Assembly (NCBI GenBank): GCA_023515795.1
Contig: JALGPX010000037.1
Coordinates: forward strand, 1 to 64,000
DNA: 64,000 bases
Direction of reading: 5' to 3'
DNA from: Amoeboaphelidium occidentale
Lineage: Eukaryota
Position 1 is the first letter of the stretch. Every line of letters starts with the position of its first letter. Position numbers and translations under genes: made by a program. This document shows positions 36,748 to 49,400 of the stretch, in pieces. The notes under the pieces were generated by a model. That model was not told the DNA's origin and ran no database searches. It saw only the letters and a program-made list of their open reading frames with translations.

Positions 36748-38196
36748 CTATTCCAAAGATATTTTTTCATACTGATCAATAAGAGAAGACATTTCTTCCA
36801 GAGCTACATCAAAATCTAGCTTCTCCAAGGGACCAATATAATGATGCAGGTGGGCCTAAAATGAGAGCAATAAAAAATATTTACCTTCTTTTTAAATAGC
36901 TTCAGGAATCTTTGTCTCAATTGATCAAAGTAGCTCGCGATGTTACAATTGTTTCGGAGTGCTGTTATTGAGTATGGTTGGTTGTGAGGAGGAGCATCAC
37001 ATATTCCAACTTTCCAAGCGTCCTCGTTCCATGTCGGAAATTTTACCGACTTTTTAATCTTGTCAATGTTCCGTCGTACATCTGATAATTCAAAGTCTCC
37101 TCTTGCGAATACAGCACTTGCTAGATTGACATCGTTTGAGCCATTTAGTGTCACCAATTGATTATCTCTATGAAACACTTGTAGGAAAGAATGATCTTTG
37201 CTTCTTTCAAGCATTCCCTTATCTTTTCCAAATAACGGAGCAACTGAAGAGGATAAGAATTTTAGCTGTGGAAAAGGTATTAGATTTGTTGCGATTTCAT
37301 TGATGTCGACATTCAAATCGCCCGTAAATCGCATCGGAGCAGTAATTCCAAGTAGCATTTGCGTGATTATAGAATTCATTCCATCAAAGTCTGGCTTTGT
37401 AGAACCCTTACGTGAAACATCAAGAGACCGGACCTTCTTCGATGTTTCAGAATTAAGTTTGTTGGTAATACTGTAGAGTGCTTCGTTATCGACAGGAAAT
37501 ACACATTCTGAATGTTCACAGAGGCTATTAAGTGCAAGTACACTGTTGTAAGGGGCTGTAACAACGTCGTCGTCTTTCCCTGGAAACACGATCGTATTAA
37601 ATCGCAACACCTCTGGATATTCTTCATGAACAAGTTTTAGAATGTAAGACCCTACACCTGAACCTGTCCCGCCTCCCATAGAGTTGCAAATGAAGATCGA
37701 TTGTAAACTGTCACACATTTCGGCTTGTTTCCGTATTGCATCTTTTATGGCTTCGTTATGGTGAGGCCCAAGTTCTCCAAAACCAACGGCAAAGTTATTA
37801 CCACATCCTGAAACGTCTGAAACAATCTGGTCTGGCCCAAATAGATTTGAAATGGGACTCTTAGATAATCTGTTCAGAACGCCTTCTTCCATGTCAACCA
37901 TAATGCCTCGCGCTCGAAGGTTCTCAATCTTCCGGAACTCTCCATCTTGAAACAGAGACAAATCCGTACCACTAATGTCTGTGTTTCGAAAGAATGTATT
38001 AAATGCCTCATCAAATATCTGCTGCATATTGATCTTATTGTGTTCTTTGAGACAATTCTGCCAAAACATGTTGCCTAGCTAAACAATCAGACATCTAGTG
38101 TGGTGCGTTTCAACCTGGTTTCCACATTGTCCCACTATGACGTTAAGTAGCCTGGGACAACAAGCGATTACCCTGAATGAATAATGACTCCGGCAT
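36748..38196 (-). CDS. TUBE1: Epsilon-tubulin
   Basis: IQVGQCGNQ, VDMEEGV, SGCGNNFAVG, GGGTGSG, DDVVTAPYNS, WKVGIC; three introns. Confidence 0.9.
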
Positions 38197-38205
38197 GATT
38201 TAGAT

Positions 38206-39588
38206 CTATTCGTCACTGAAGATTTCCTCAACAACAAGCATCGCGGAGATTCCAAACCCTTCAACATCTTTCAAAAGGCGTTCCTTTTCATCCAAAGAAA
38301 TTTTGGGATAACCGAAACACAAATTAAAGTCACCAACGTCATCCATTTCTTCTAGACTTCCAATGAAACAGTATAGATCATCAACTTTAGTGTTGTCGTC
38401 CTTCTGAAACCTTCGCTCAACACGTTTTCCAGACGGCATTCTAAAGACAATTTTAATAACATTCTCTGCACCAACTTCAGGTTCTGGTTTGAGCCTGGAT
38501 ATACAAACTGCTCTTCGTTCTTTGAGGGCCTCTTCTTTTTGCCTCTCTAGCTCTAGTCTTCTTTCCTCTTCGAGCCGCTTTTGTTCCTCTTGCTCTGCTT
38601 TGAATCGATCTTTTCGTAAAGATTCTTGATAAGCTTGGTCTTGTTGTTCTCTCAAAGTACGCTCCATCTCCCTTTGGACTTTTTCTTGTTTCAGCTGAAG
38701 CAGAAGCGCATTCTCCTTTCGTATTACTAATTCTAAGTTCTTGACAAAGTTATCCACTGCTGCTGTTGTATTGAACTGAGGGGAAGATATAGCTAACTCA
38801 GGAAAATCATACTGTCGTAGCACAACTCTCATTCCTGAAATATTTCGTGCATCGCCTTGCTTGTAGACCAGCAAACTAACAAAAGGAAAACCATACGCTT
38901 GCAAGATATCAGAACACTGGAATCCCTCAGAATATTCCACTGAAGCACCCCAAAACAACAACTCGTCGCGCCTTTCGCTCAAGAACCCTGTAAACTTTTC
39001 AGAACAAAGAACCTTCTGTACAAAGTTATCAGCCATGTCATGCTCTTTAGCATGCAGGTACACAAGTAAAAACTTCAAATCGTTCTTTGCCTTCTGTAAC
39101 GCAGAAGAGTAAGAGCATTTTTCCAGATATTCTCCAACAGGCGTATCAGACATCAAATCTGCGAACTTTGTGGCAGCGTATCCTGGCTCTCTTTGTCTTC
39201 GATATTCTTCACTATCGGAACCATATATCAAGTATTCGTAACCTTTCTTCAACGTTCCACCGAACGGAATCCATTCGAAAACGAAGGCCAACATTGAAAC
39301 CACAGCCTCGACCGAATACTTGACTGAACTGACCAAAGCATTTCCATCTGATGCTCCTCCTCCTGATGACTTGCTGACGAGATAATCGTTTACCGCAGCC
39401 TTAAAAGTTCAGTTTTCTCACAATATGATAAAACTACTTCCATTTGCCAGTTATTGCGCTCCAGTACCTGCCTAGCTTCCTCTACATTACTGCAACTTGT
39501 TATGCTCTACAAAGTTTCAGTTGATTTCGGTATCAGGGCGATTTATTACTGTGAATTCTCCCAAGAGTTGGACTTGGTCTTGCGTCAT
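38206..39588 (-). CDS. UBA-UAS-UBX protein (FAF2/Ubx2-like)
   Basis: Spliced UBA (LERNNWQMEAAV), UAS (KFLLVYLH), LREQQDQAYQESL, UBX (FRMPSGKRVERRF). Confidence 0.88.
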
Positions 39589-39711
39589 TTGGTTGTTTCG
39601 TGTGCTTGCAGTTGTCATTTATAATTATAAAGCTGTTGCTCTCGCTTACAGTTAATTTCTGCACGAACAAGAATAGGGCGAAACTCTTTTGATAGCTTTT
39701 CTGTACGCTGA

Positions 39712-40569
39712 ATGACTGCTGAGCCTGAAACACTAAAGCGCAACCGGAGCGAAGAGACCGACACGGAAACGGAACGAAGCGATGACGAAGGAAACACTTC
39801 AGCTGAGGGAAATGAGGAAATTATCGACGTGGATTTCGAGTTCTTTGAATTCAAGAAGGCAATCGACTATCACGCTGTCAAAAGGCTTATAAGCGTCATC
39901 TTTCAAGACGAAGCGGAGAATCTCACGCCAGGCCATTATTCTGATATGATCATCGAGAACACTGACTATGGAACAACTGTCAAATGTGATGGCGTGGAAT
40001 CTGATCCTTATGCGATGATGACAATGGTTCCTCTTGTGAAAGATCAGAATGGTACTGTAAAGAACTTCATAATCTCTAAATGCCAGAAACACGCTCCGGA
40101 AGATGTTCAGCAGAAGGTCAAGTCTGTATTGAACGAGAAGAAAGTGTTATGGTGGCTTAATGAACGATTGATCAATATGCCTGTTGATATCGCTGGTCCT
40201 ATGGCGAAGATGCTTAAGGAAGAATTAGAAAAGGCAAAAATCGAAGCTGATTATGTGGTTTACATCGCAAAAACATACTTGGAGCACTCCGCTGCATCTG
40301 AGGAAGCTCCAGTGAGCTCCATAGCAAAGAAGAAGAAGAAACCTAAGAAAGCTCTGAACGATGAGTTCTTTGCGAACCAAGAAGATGAGCTTATCGAGAA
40401 ATACGCGGATTTCTTCTTTCGATATGATCCCGTAGTGAACAGAACGTCTGATGTTATGAATGTGTTTCATGATTGTGGGCTCGATTTGGGCCGTAACGTC
40501 TTTTTCCTGAAGTACGACAACTGGAAGAAGTTGGCTATGGACATTTTTGCTTTTGCTAGTAATAAATGA
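39712..40569 (+). CDS. BCP1: Bcp1/BCCIP
   Basis: IDVDFEFF, DYHAVKRL, LNERLINMP. Confidence 0.9.
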   Translation: MTAEPETLKRNRSEETDTETERSDDEGNTSAEGNEEIIDVDFEFFEFKKAIDYHAVKRLISVIFQDEAENLTPGHYSDMIIENTDYGTTVKCDGVESDPYAMMTMVPLVKDQNGTVKNFIISKCQKHAPEDVQQKVKSVLNEKKVLWWLNERLINMPVDIAGPMAKMLKEELEKAKIEADYVVYIAKTYLEHSAASEEAPVSSIAKKKKKPKKALNDEFFANQEDELIEKYADFFFRYDPVVNRTSDVMNVFHDCGLDLGRNVFFLKYDNWKKLAMDIFAFASNK

Positions 40570-40689
40570 AGTGTGCGTGCGCAATGCGACCGGAAATTGT
40601 GATTTTCCAAGTTTGTTGTCACAAGATCAACTTGGCCAACCACAAAAGCTTGAAACAGTAGAAATAACTAATTGAGATCGCTGGAAATC

Positions 40690-42429
40690 ATGAATAGACA
40701 AGACCCAGAACTTCGGTATCAGCTGATGGAGAAAATCGGAAAGGGCTCGTTTGGTGAAGTCTGGAAAGGGTTCGCTTTTTAGATCCTATCGTTTCAACTT
40801 ACTTCGCTTTGCCGTAGAATCGACAAGGAAACACAGCGACCGGTTGCTGTAAAGATTATTGACTTGGAAGACGCTGAAGACGAAATTGATGATGTTCAGC
40901 AGGAGATTAATGTTCTGGCACAGATAAACGATTCTGAGTTTGTCACAAGATACTATGGATCATTCATTAAAGACACAAAGTTATGGATCGTCATGGAGTA
41001 TTTGGCTGGAGGCTCTGTAATGGATTTGGTAATTGACTTTAAAGATGCTTTAATTAGTGTTTAGCTTCGACCAGGACCATTCGATGAAAACCATATTGCT
41101 ATCATTCTTAGAGAACTGCTGCGTGGGTTGGAGTATCTTCATAATCAAAACAAGATCCACAGAGATATCAAAGCGGCTAATGTTCTGCTTTCAAGTACCG
41201 GTGAAGTTAAACTCGCTGATTTCGGTGTTGCAGCACAGCTCACACATTCCAAGAGCAAGCGAAACACCTTTGTTGGAACTCCCTATTGGATGGCACCCGA
41301 AGTTATCAAGCAGACTGGATACGATTTTAGAGCTGATATTTGGTCTTTGGGAATTACTGCGATTGAAATGGCCAAAGGAGAACCACCTTATGCTGATTGT
41401 CATCCAATGAGAGTTCTTTTTCTGATTCCAAAGAATAATCCACCTGTTTTAGATGGTCCATTTTCCAGAGCATTCAAGGAGTTTGTTGCATTATGTCTGG
41501 CAAAGAATCCTGAAGAACGACCATCTGCTTCTACGCTTTTAAAGCATCGGTTTATCAAGGCGGCTAAGAAAACATCTTACCTTGTGGAACTAGTTGAGAG
41601 GTATGCTTTATGGAAGGAGAATCAAGCTGAAATTGAATCTGATGATGAAACTGTTAAAAGGGATACACGAATTAAGCAAGGTACAGTTCAGTGGGATTTT
41701 GGAACAGTTCAGAAAGCAACGATTTCGAAAGCTACTCCTCCAGCGCCTACCACAGAGGTATAATTTCTTTTTTAAGAGTCTAAATTTTAGTCTCCTAAAG
41801 TCCCACGAAGAACTACGACTGCTTCTCCTGTAGCTTCTCCGCGCTCAGAACGAAAACAAGTTATTCAAACTCCAGCTACAAAGTCAAGGCTTGCATCACA
41901 AGACAATTTGTCATCTTTATCAACACAGATGTCGCCTCGTAGTCACAGAAGAGGATCAAGTGGTGGAAATAATGAAGGTTCCTCTGCGAAACCAAATCCA
42001 TCAGAAGTATTTACAAAAGTTGTTTATCCTGCAATTACAAAAGCGAGAGATTTAGCAACAGACCCTAAACTACATCCTTTTATCTCAAAATTGTACCAAA
42101 CATTCGAAGAGCTAGATCAAAATGATTCTACTGCCGTAGCACAGCTAATACGCGAAATTTCTACAAACTATGAAATGATTAATACTGACACAAGCAAGAT
42201 GTCTTCTAAAACTAATCTTGAAGACACTGTTTCGGCTCAAACTGGAAACTTGGAATACGGTACTGTAAAGAATATAAGGCGAAAGGAAAAGGCTTTATCT
42301 TCGAAACCTGAAACCAAGCCTGCGCTTAATGCTGATTTTGGCAAGACTGCAACATCTGCTTTTCTTTACAACAGGTGGAAGTCAAAACATATTCATGAGG
42401 ATGTTGCAAAGATAACATTGAAGGATTAA
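40690..42429 (+). CDS. Ste20-family GCK-III kinase (STK24/25/Sid1-like)
   Basis: [44 protein letters not shown]; introns. Confidence 0.9.
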
Positions 42430-42455
42430 TTGCTCTTATTTCTTCATAAAAATGA

Positions 42456-43136
42456 TCAAACGTTTATTGAGTCCGGGTCTGGAAGTCGTAGCATTCCTTT
42501 CTTTGTCACTACGATGCTGCCTTTGTAATCAATCAAGTTCAGCATAATTGCACGTTTACGCTCAACCGTAACTTCATTCCGTTCATCTTCAATAATTTCT
42601 TCTGCGACTCTTTCTGCTTTATCGGCGTCAAGAGGTTTCTTGATCTTCATGAAAACTCCCTCAAAGAACTGTTGAATTGTGGCGCCTTCGATGTTTCGTG
42701 TTTGGATCACAGGTTCATAAGGCTTTTTGAGATAATCATTAATCATTCTGATAAAATCGTTCTTCGTCGTGACACCATCATCGCTTTCTAGAGCTGCACT
42801 TTCGTAGTCTAGCAAAGTTTGTCCTTGACTGATCATGCCTTCATAGTATTGCGTCAACTGATGAGCATTGGTCTTGGTTTCAACAAAAGAATGTAGATTA
42901 GTAAAAAGCACAACCAGAGCCCCCGATATAGATCCTGCCACGGCATGAAAATGAGAAAGAATAGCCGCAGCAGCTGCAAGAACGTTGTTCAGAATGAACA
43001 AGATCCATAAAAGTATCACATATGGTTTCAATTGATCTTTCCTTTCATTCAGACGCGACATCTTGGTTTTTACGACCTCTGATAACTCTCTTATCTTGTT
43101 GTCCAGCTCCGTAAGTGGCGGTAGCGTTTTCTCCAT
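42456..43136 (-). CDS. Hypothetical two-TM protein, SLATT-like topology
   Basis: Helix, two hydrophobic segments (ILLWILFILNNVLAAAAAIL; AGSISGALVVLF), helical cytoplasmic tail; intronless. Confidence 0.5.
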   Translation of the reverse strand: MEKTLPPLTELDNKIRELSEVVKTKMSRLNERKDQLKPYVILLWILFILNNVLAAAAAILSHFHAVAGSISGALVVLFTNLHSFVETKTNAHQLTQYYEGMISQGQTLLDYESAALESDDGVTTKNDFIRMINDYLKKPYEPVIQTRNIEGATIQQFFEGVFMKIKKPLDADKAERVAEEIIEDERNEVTVERKRAIMLNLIDYKGSIVVTKKGMLRLPDPDSINV

Positions 43137-43621
43137 TGGTTTGGTGAAACAAGAGCAACACGGATCAAGATTGGTAGTCAGACCCTTGTGTTTCACATCG
43201 GGAAATTATGTCTAGGGAAATTTAATAGTATGAATTCTTATGAAGGTTAAGGTAGTGCCATCGCGCGAAGAATGATCTGTGTAGAAAGAGATGTTAAAGC
43301 TTGTGTTTCATGAGATTTCCGGCAAAAGTTTCATTTTGTATGAACGCACTGCACTTAGCATAAGGTCGATGGTCGACTTCTCGCTCTATTGAAGTAAAAT
43401 TAAGTAACTCAGCTCTAACTGCATTAGCTTTGACCTCTTACTATCCTTCGATTTCATTTTAACGCATACCCTACAATGAGCGAAAGCGCTTAAAATAATC
43501 CATTGCTACCTCTAATTCTATACCCTTGTATGATCAATATTTTGTCACTCGCGTTGTTTTGAGTTTTCCTGTTTGGACTTTGCGTTGTTGCCATTCTCGC
43601 TCATTAATCTTATTCTGTGCA

Positions 43622-45472
43622 ATGACAGTTGAGGAACGAGCTTCTATTAATTCAGACGAGGAAGAGGCGTATGACAGCGAATCGTCTGAGCCGCAGCCAG
43701 GAAAGATAAAACCGGCTTTCTACCACGACAATGGCGGTATTCCGGTATTTAAACCCACAATCGAAGAATTCCGGAACTTTTCGATATTTGTGGAGAACAT
43801 AAAAGATTACGGATTAAGAGCTGGAATAGTTAAAGTCATCCCTCCTAAGGAATGGAAAGAAAGCTTGCCAAAGATTCCGGATTATCTGCTGAACCAGGTG
43901 CAAATAAGATCAGCCATCAAACAAGAGTTTCAAGGCACGTCTGGCACGTTTAAACAAATTAACTTGGAACAGAAGAAAGTAATGAACATTAAAGAATGGA
44001 AAGATTTATGCGAAAAGCCCCAACATCGTACGCCACCAGTTTCCGGTGACATTGTGGATTCTGAGGATGTTAGCACGGCGTCGACTCCAAGTGATTCTTT
44101 AAGACTGCAAGATGTATTGCCTACACGAAGATTCCCAGCTGCCGATGATCATGCGTATTACAAAGAACTTGAACGAATTTACTGGAAAAATTTAACCTTC
44201 TTTTCGCCTTGGTACGGAGCAGACATAAAAGGTTCACTGTTTGATAATTCTGTGAAAGATTGGAATGTCGCTCGCTTGCCTAACCTTCTTCTTCGCATAG
44301 CACAAACGATTCCTGGGGTGAACACTCCATACTTGTATTTCGGAATGTGGAAAGCTACTTTTGCTTGGCATGTTGAAGATATGGATCTGTACTCAATTAA
44401 TTATATACATTTTGGCGCACCGAAACAATGGTATGCTATTCCTCAAGCATACAGGCAAAAGTTTGAACGATATTGCAGGAACTTGTTCCCTCAAGAATAC
44501 AAGAAATGCTCTGAATTTATGCGACACAAGATGTATTTGATGAGTCCTACTGTTTTGGCTCGCGAGAACATTCCTGTTCACAAATTGGTTCAAGAAGAGG
44601 GAGAATTTGTTCTTACGTTTCCGTATGGCTACCACGCAGGCTATAATATTGGCTATAACTGCGCAGAGTCCGTTAACTTTGCCATTGATAATTGGCTCGA
44701 ATACGGAAAGAAGGCGAAAAGTTGCATGTGCATAGATGATAGTGTCAAGTTGAATATTGATGATCTGTTTGATAGTTCAAAAAGAATTGGCAAGTCTTTT
44801 TACGCTGGGCTGTGTGTCTTGTGTGGAAAAGAAGGCGGCGATGACTTAATTCCGCTTTATCCTAATCCATGTCCATTTGCTGCCGCCCCTGCTGTTGCAC
44901 ATAGAATTTGTGCCGACTTTATTCCGGAATGCAACATATTGATTAATGATGGATCTGCCTATGTTGTTAACTATGAAGATATTCCGAAGGATAGAATGAA
45001 GTTAAAGTGCAGATTCTGTAAATATCCTTTTGGAGCTTGCATTCAGTGCGCTAAAGGAAAATGCGTTAAATCGTTTCATCCATGGTGCGCAAAAGAGAAT
45101 GATCTTTGCATGACTGAAGTTGTTGATCAAGATGGTTATGCATTGCGTTCTACTTATTGTGCTACTCACAACCCGAATGGCAAAGAGATGCCGTTGAAAC
45201 AAGAGAAAAGCACAGACATCGAAGCGATCCGCCAAGACATTGCGTCTGCTATGAAGAATAGTACGGCTATTTGGGTGAGATTTTATGATGATTCTTTTGT
45301 TGAGGGTAGAATTATTGAAGACTTTAAAGAAGATCCATTGGTTCGAGTTGCTTTTTCTATTGTAAGTTTCCCAATGCGTTCTGATTTCTAACTTTTATAG
45401 GATTATGCTAGAATTGTACCATATGCTGATTTGCTGTTTAAGAATCCTGTTGTTAATTTACTTGAGTTATAA
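43622..45472 (+). CDS. KDM4/JMJD2-family histone demethylase
   Basis: JmjN IPVFKPT, JmjC WHVED...YGYHAG...NCAESVNFA, PHD-type Cys/His region; one intron. Confidence 0.93.
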
Positions 45473-45714
45473 ATCGGTTAAGTTTACCATGTCTATTTAA
45501 TTTTGATGCGAGTGTGACTGCGATGTGTAACGCTGGCTTGGATCGGATTGCAAAGTTTGTCGATCATTTCAAGTTTGCCACCAGAAAAATCTTTTTCCCT
45601 CAGAACACCACAACTGACCTCCACTGATCAGTTTCTACTGTTTATGGTAAAAATCTTTACTGTTTCTTTCCTATACTCTCAATTCGTTATTTCAAAAGAA
45701 GAAGACCCAGGATA

Positions 45715-46356
45715 ATGTCCATTCTACGCTTTTCTGATTCATCATCGGCCTCGCTAAGCAGCGTCAGTACAAGGCGCAACTCCCCCTCCCCCGTTGGCTC
45801 CATCAGTTATTTGCAATACGAAAATTTACGCTTCCTCATCCACGACAGCCCTACACACAACAACATTAAAGATTATTTGAAAGAGTTCAAGAAGTATTCC
45901 GTTTCTGTTCTGGTCAGGTGCTGTGAATCGACTTACAGCGATGCTGATCTTTTGGCCGAAGGAATCGAACCGATATGTTTGAAGTTTGAAGATGGTGGTA
46001 CTCCCTCAGACCAGCTAATTAAGAACTGGTTATCGATTGTCAAGAAGGTTTCTGCTCAAGCTTCTGATAAAGATGTTGGGAAGACCATTGCGATACATTG
46101 CGTCGCTGGCTTAGGTAGAGCGCCCGTTCTTGTTGCTGTGGCTCTTATTGAGAATGGTATGGAGCAATTGGATGCGATTGAGCTGGTGCGCAGTCGTCGT
46201 CGTGGTGCTTTCAATAACAGGCAAATACAATATCTCGCTCAGTACAAAAGAATAGCATCTGCTAAACCTAAAATCAATGGAATATGGAGGAAGCTATTCA
46301 ATCTTGACGGAAAGAACAAGTCTACCGTAAAAGACTCACAGAAGCTTTTGGTCTAG
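45715..46356 (+). CDS. PRL/PTP4A-type protein tyrosine phosphatase
   Basis: HCVAGLGRAPVLVA, RRGAFN, FEDG. Confidence 0.9.
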   Translation: MSILRFSDSSSASLSSVSTRRNSPSPVGSISYLQYENLRFLIHDSPTHNNIKDYLKEFKKYSVSVLVRCCESTYSDADLLAEGIEPICLKFEDGGTPSDQLIKNWLSIVKKVSAQASDKDVGKTIAIHCVAGLGRAPVLVAVALIENGMEQLDAIELVRSRRRGAFNNRQIQYLAQYKRIASAKPKINGIWRKLFNLDGKNKSTVKDSQKLLV

Positions 46357-46418
46357 AACAAAAGGCTTTAGTCAGAATAAAAATCTTTTTATGATTTTGG
46401 GGGTAATTCGCTTGTATA

Positions 46419-49400
46419 TCATTCTAGCCTTTCCTGTAAATCTTCATTCTGCAGGAATTCATTCATTGCTTTGACAATACTCTGCTGCAATTGAACATAA
46501 TCTTGACAAGGAGGTATTTCAAGATGATGTACCAACGGTCTTTGGACTTCAATACTTTGATAAGATAAATGAAGGTGTATTAGCGGAACATGACTATGTT
46601 CAAGGACATAGTTTGCGTGGCCACATTGTAAAACAGGAATCTCGGATAGTGCATATCTTCCGCATACATAGAATAAAAACTTTCTCAGCTCAGAATCCGA
46701 CAAGCTATCTATCCACATCCAGTAAAAGTCCAACGTATTAGCGTCAAGATCAAAACCATCAACAGAAGTCATCTGTCTGAGTAACGAGCCGGATAATTGA
46801 TCATTGCAGCGGCCATGTAAGAAAGCAGCAACATCAAGAGCACTTAAAGAACGGAAAGTAAGTTCCATCTGTCCAGCGAAGAATCCTTTTGAGATAGCAC
46901 CCATTTGTTGCTTCAAGGCGTCAGTAAATTTTGTTTTGATTAGGTCATTCATATCATCTTGGTAAGCAGTAGATGCTGCATATCTTCTCGTGGATTCGAA
47001 AGGATAACAGGTTTCATAATCCGCATTCGTCAAGGTCTTACCAAGCAACATTTTGAAGAAGACTGGCGGGAAGATAGATGGAATACTGTAACCATCTGAA
47101 GCCCATCTTCGCAAGAAGATTCCAATCGTTTCAAGTTTCTTTAAATCTGTGAAGGATGGATTTGGCAGTACAAACTTGCTGTGAGGAAGTTCTCTGGAAA
47201 CAGGGATAAAGTAATCATTGCTTATCTCTGATATCTGCTCAAAAAAGATCTTCACATAGTCTTCATAAACACCTTCAGTTGAGTAAACCATGACCTTTTT
47301 GAAATCAAGTTCCTCAAACGGAGTAAACTGGCCCAAAGTTAGCCATTGCTTGACAATATCGTTATTCTCAGCTGAAGGTTCCATTTCAGCAAGCAATACT
47401 CCGCCACTTATTGTGCAAGCAAAAAGATCCATATAGAATCTGTTCAATCTTGACGTTTTAACGCCTTGATCCGAAGCACTCGTTGGATCTCTATCTACTT
47501 TGAAGTAAGGATGGTGAATAAAAGCGTTAGCACATATTCTCTTTTCAGGATAGCAGGATATCAAATCCTGAACAAGAATATGCAAGTGTTTACTGGCATA
47601 CTTTGCAGATAATTGTGGCATATCATAATCCTTCTTTCCGCTTTCTTTCCTCTTAAATACTGCAACGAGATGATCCGTTGACATGACTTCACAAACCAGT
47701 TGGCCAAAGTAAAACATATCTGAGGGTCTTGTGTAAAGTTTTCTTCCAGCCTCTTGTGCTTCTGGAGGATCTGTATCATTCAATTGTTCTCCAAACAGAT
47801 AATCAAAGTTTCCTAAAACTGGACGGATACTTTCTGGATCAGTTTCGTCCTGAACCATAATGATGGATTCGCTGGAGATAGAGCCCCAACAAAAATTGTA
47901 CCTATGAAGGAAGGCAAGGGCTTGTAGTACGTCATAAAGGATTTCTCTAACTTTTTGAAATGGAGCGAAAGGATTCTTTTCCATCCAGTCTCTCAAAGTA
48001 ATTCCAGCAACAAGCTGTTCCTCAACAAACAAATAATCATCTTCAAACCAGGCTGCATAAACAGGTGTAATGTTGGAATGTCTGTGCTTGTACAAAAAGT
48101 CTATAACTCTTCTGCACTTCTCAGCCTGTTCGATCGAATTCACTGGTAGCTTCTTAACGATACATTTCCTTCCATACATGTTCACTCCTACCGACTGCTT
48201 GCTATCAGAGTCCATTGGGATCAATTCTTCATAATCATCAAAACGATAGTTCACAAACGGGGTATTAGCATTCTTAGTGACGTTAGAAACCAAATCTGGA
48301 TACAAAGCTTTCATTTCGGGATATTCACTCTCAGCCAAAACTTCAATTTGATGTGCTAAATTGACCTCGTAAGTTAGCACTGTTGCGGCCGATGCAACCA
48401 TGGAGTCAATAGCTCTCGAGAAAAGACCCATCTTTGCATTTTCATCCGTCTCAGATGAAAGATCAATAAAAAGCTTGATCATTGTTGCAACTTGTGTTGG
48501 TGTTGGTACTCTGACCAACTCTGCCATTCTAAGAGCTTCGAAGTAAGCAATCTTCTTTGACATGTTGCCGATCTTTTCGACATTCAGCAAGTTCTCTCTT
48601 GCTTTCGTTGCATAGAACCATTGATAAACTAAAAATAAGACTGAGCAGAAAAGCTAAATTACTTTTGATAATCCATTCACGATTCATTTCTAAAACGGCA
48701 GACTCTTCTTCAATAGCTTGCAAAAATGCTTTAGCAGCTTCATTGGTTTTCTTCATGGTTTTGTTAATCAGAGTAGAAACTTTTGAGAAAGCAGCTTGAT
48801 CAGATCTAGAAACACTGTCGAGCTTGTTCAAGACGTCTTCTGGTGAAGCATAAGCTTTTTGAATCATTTCATTGTACGAAGAGCGTAAATCTTTCACGTA
48901 CTGTATGCGCACATTGTTTCTTTGCTGAGCAAGATTCATTAAGAAATTATTATCATTATTATCCATAGCAGTCTTTATCTGCTCATTCATTGAACTAAGG
49001 GAGTTTTCAAAGCCGTGCTGTCTATCAAGGGTCTCTACCTCTTTAACCTGTTGGTTTGATGTTCCAGAATTTGCTAAATTCATGGCTTCTGTTCTCGCAT
49101 CAATAATTTTCTTTCTTGTATCTCTTAAATTATTCAACTGTGATGCTACGTTGCCCATATTTTCCTCTAGCAAAGGTTCAGCGATACCAACAGTCTGTTG
49201 CTTTTTCATGGTGGAATTTTTTACAACTGAAGCTGCCCGATTCCTTTTTGGCATCAGATGATGAACTGGTTCGATCAAAGTGAGCTCTTCGTCTTCCGGA
49301 ATAGCTCCCGGTGCTGTTGCAGAGCCTTTATAATTTGCACCTCCGGCTAACGCAGCATTAATCTCGCCATTATTGTATGCAAACGCATTCAAACTAAATG

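Noticed and set aside
48529..48660. Programmed frameshift between the LRR ORF and the kinase-like ORF
   Set aside because: A canonical GTAATT...TTTTAG intron restores the frame.
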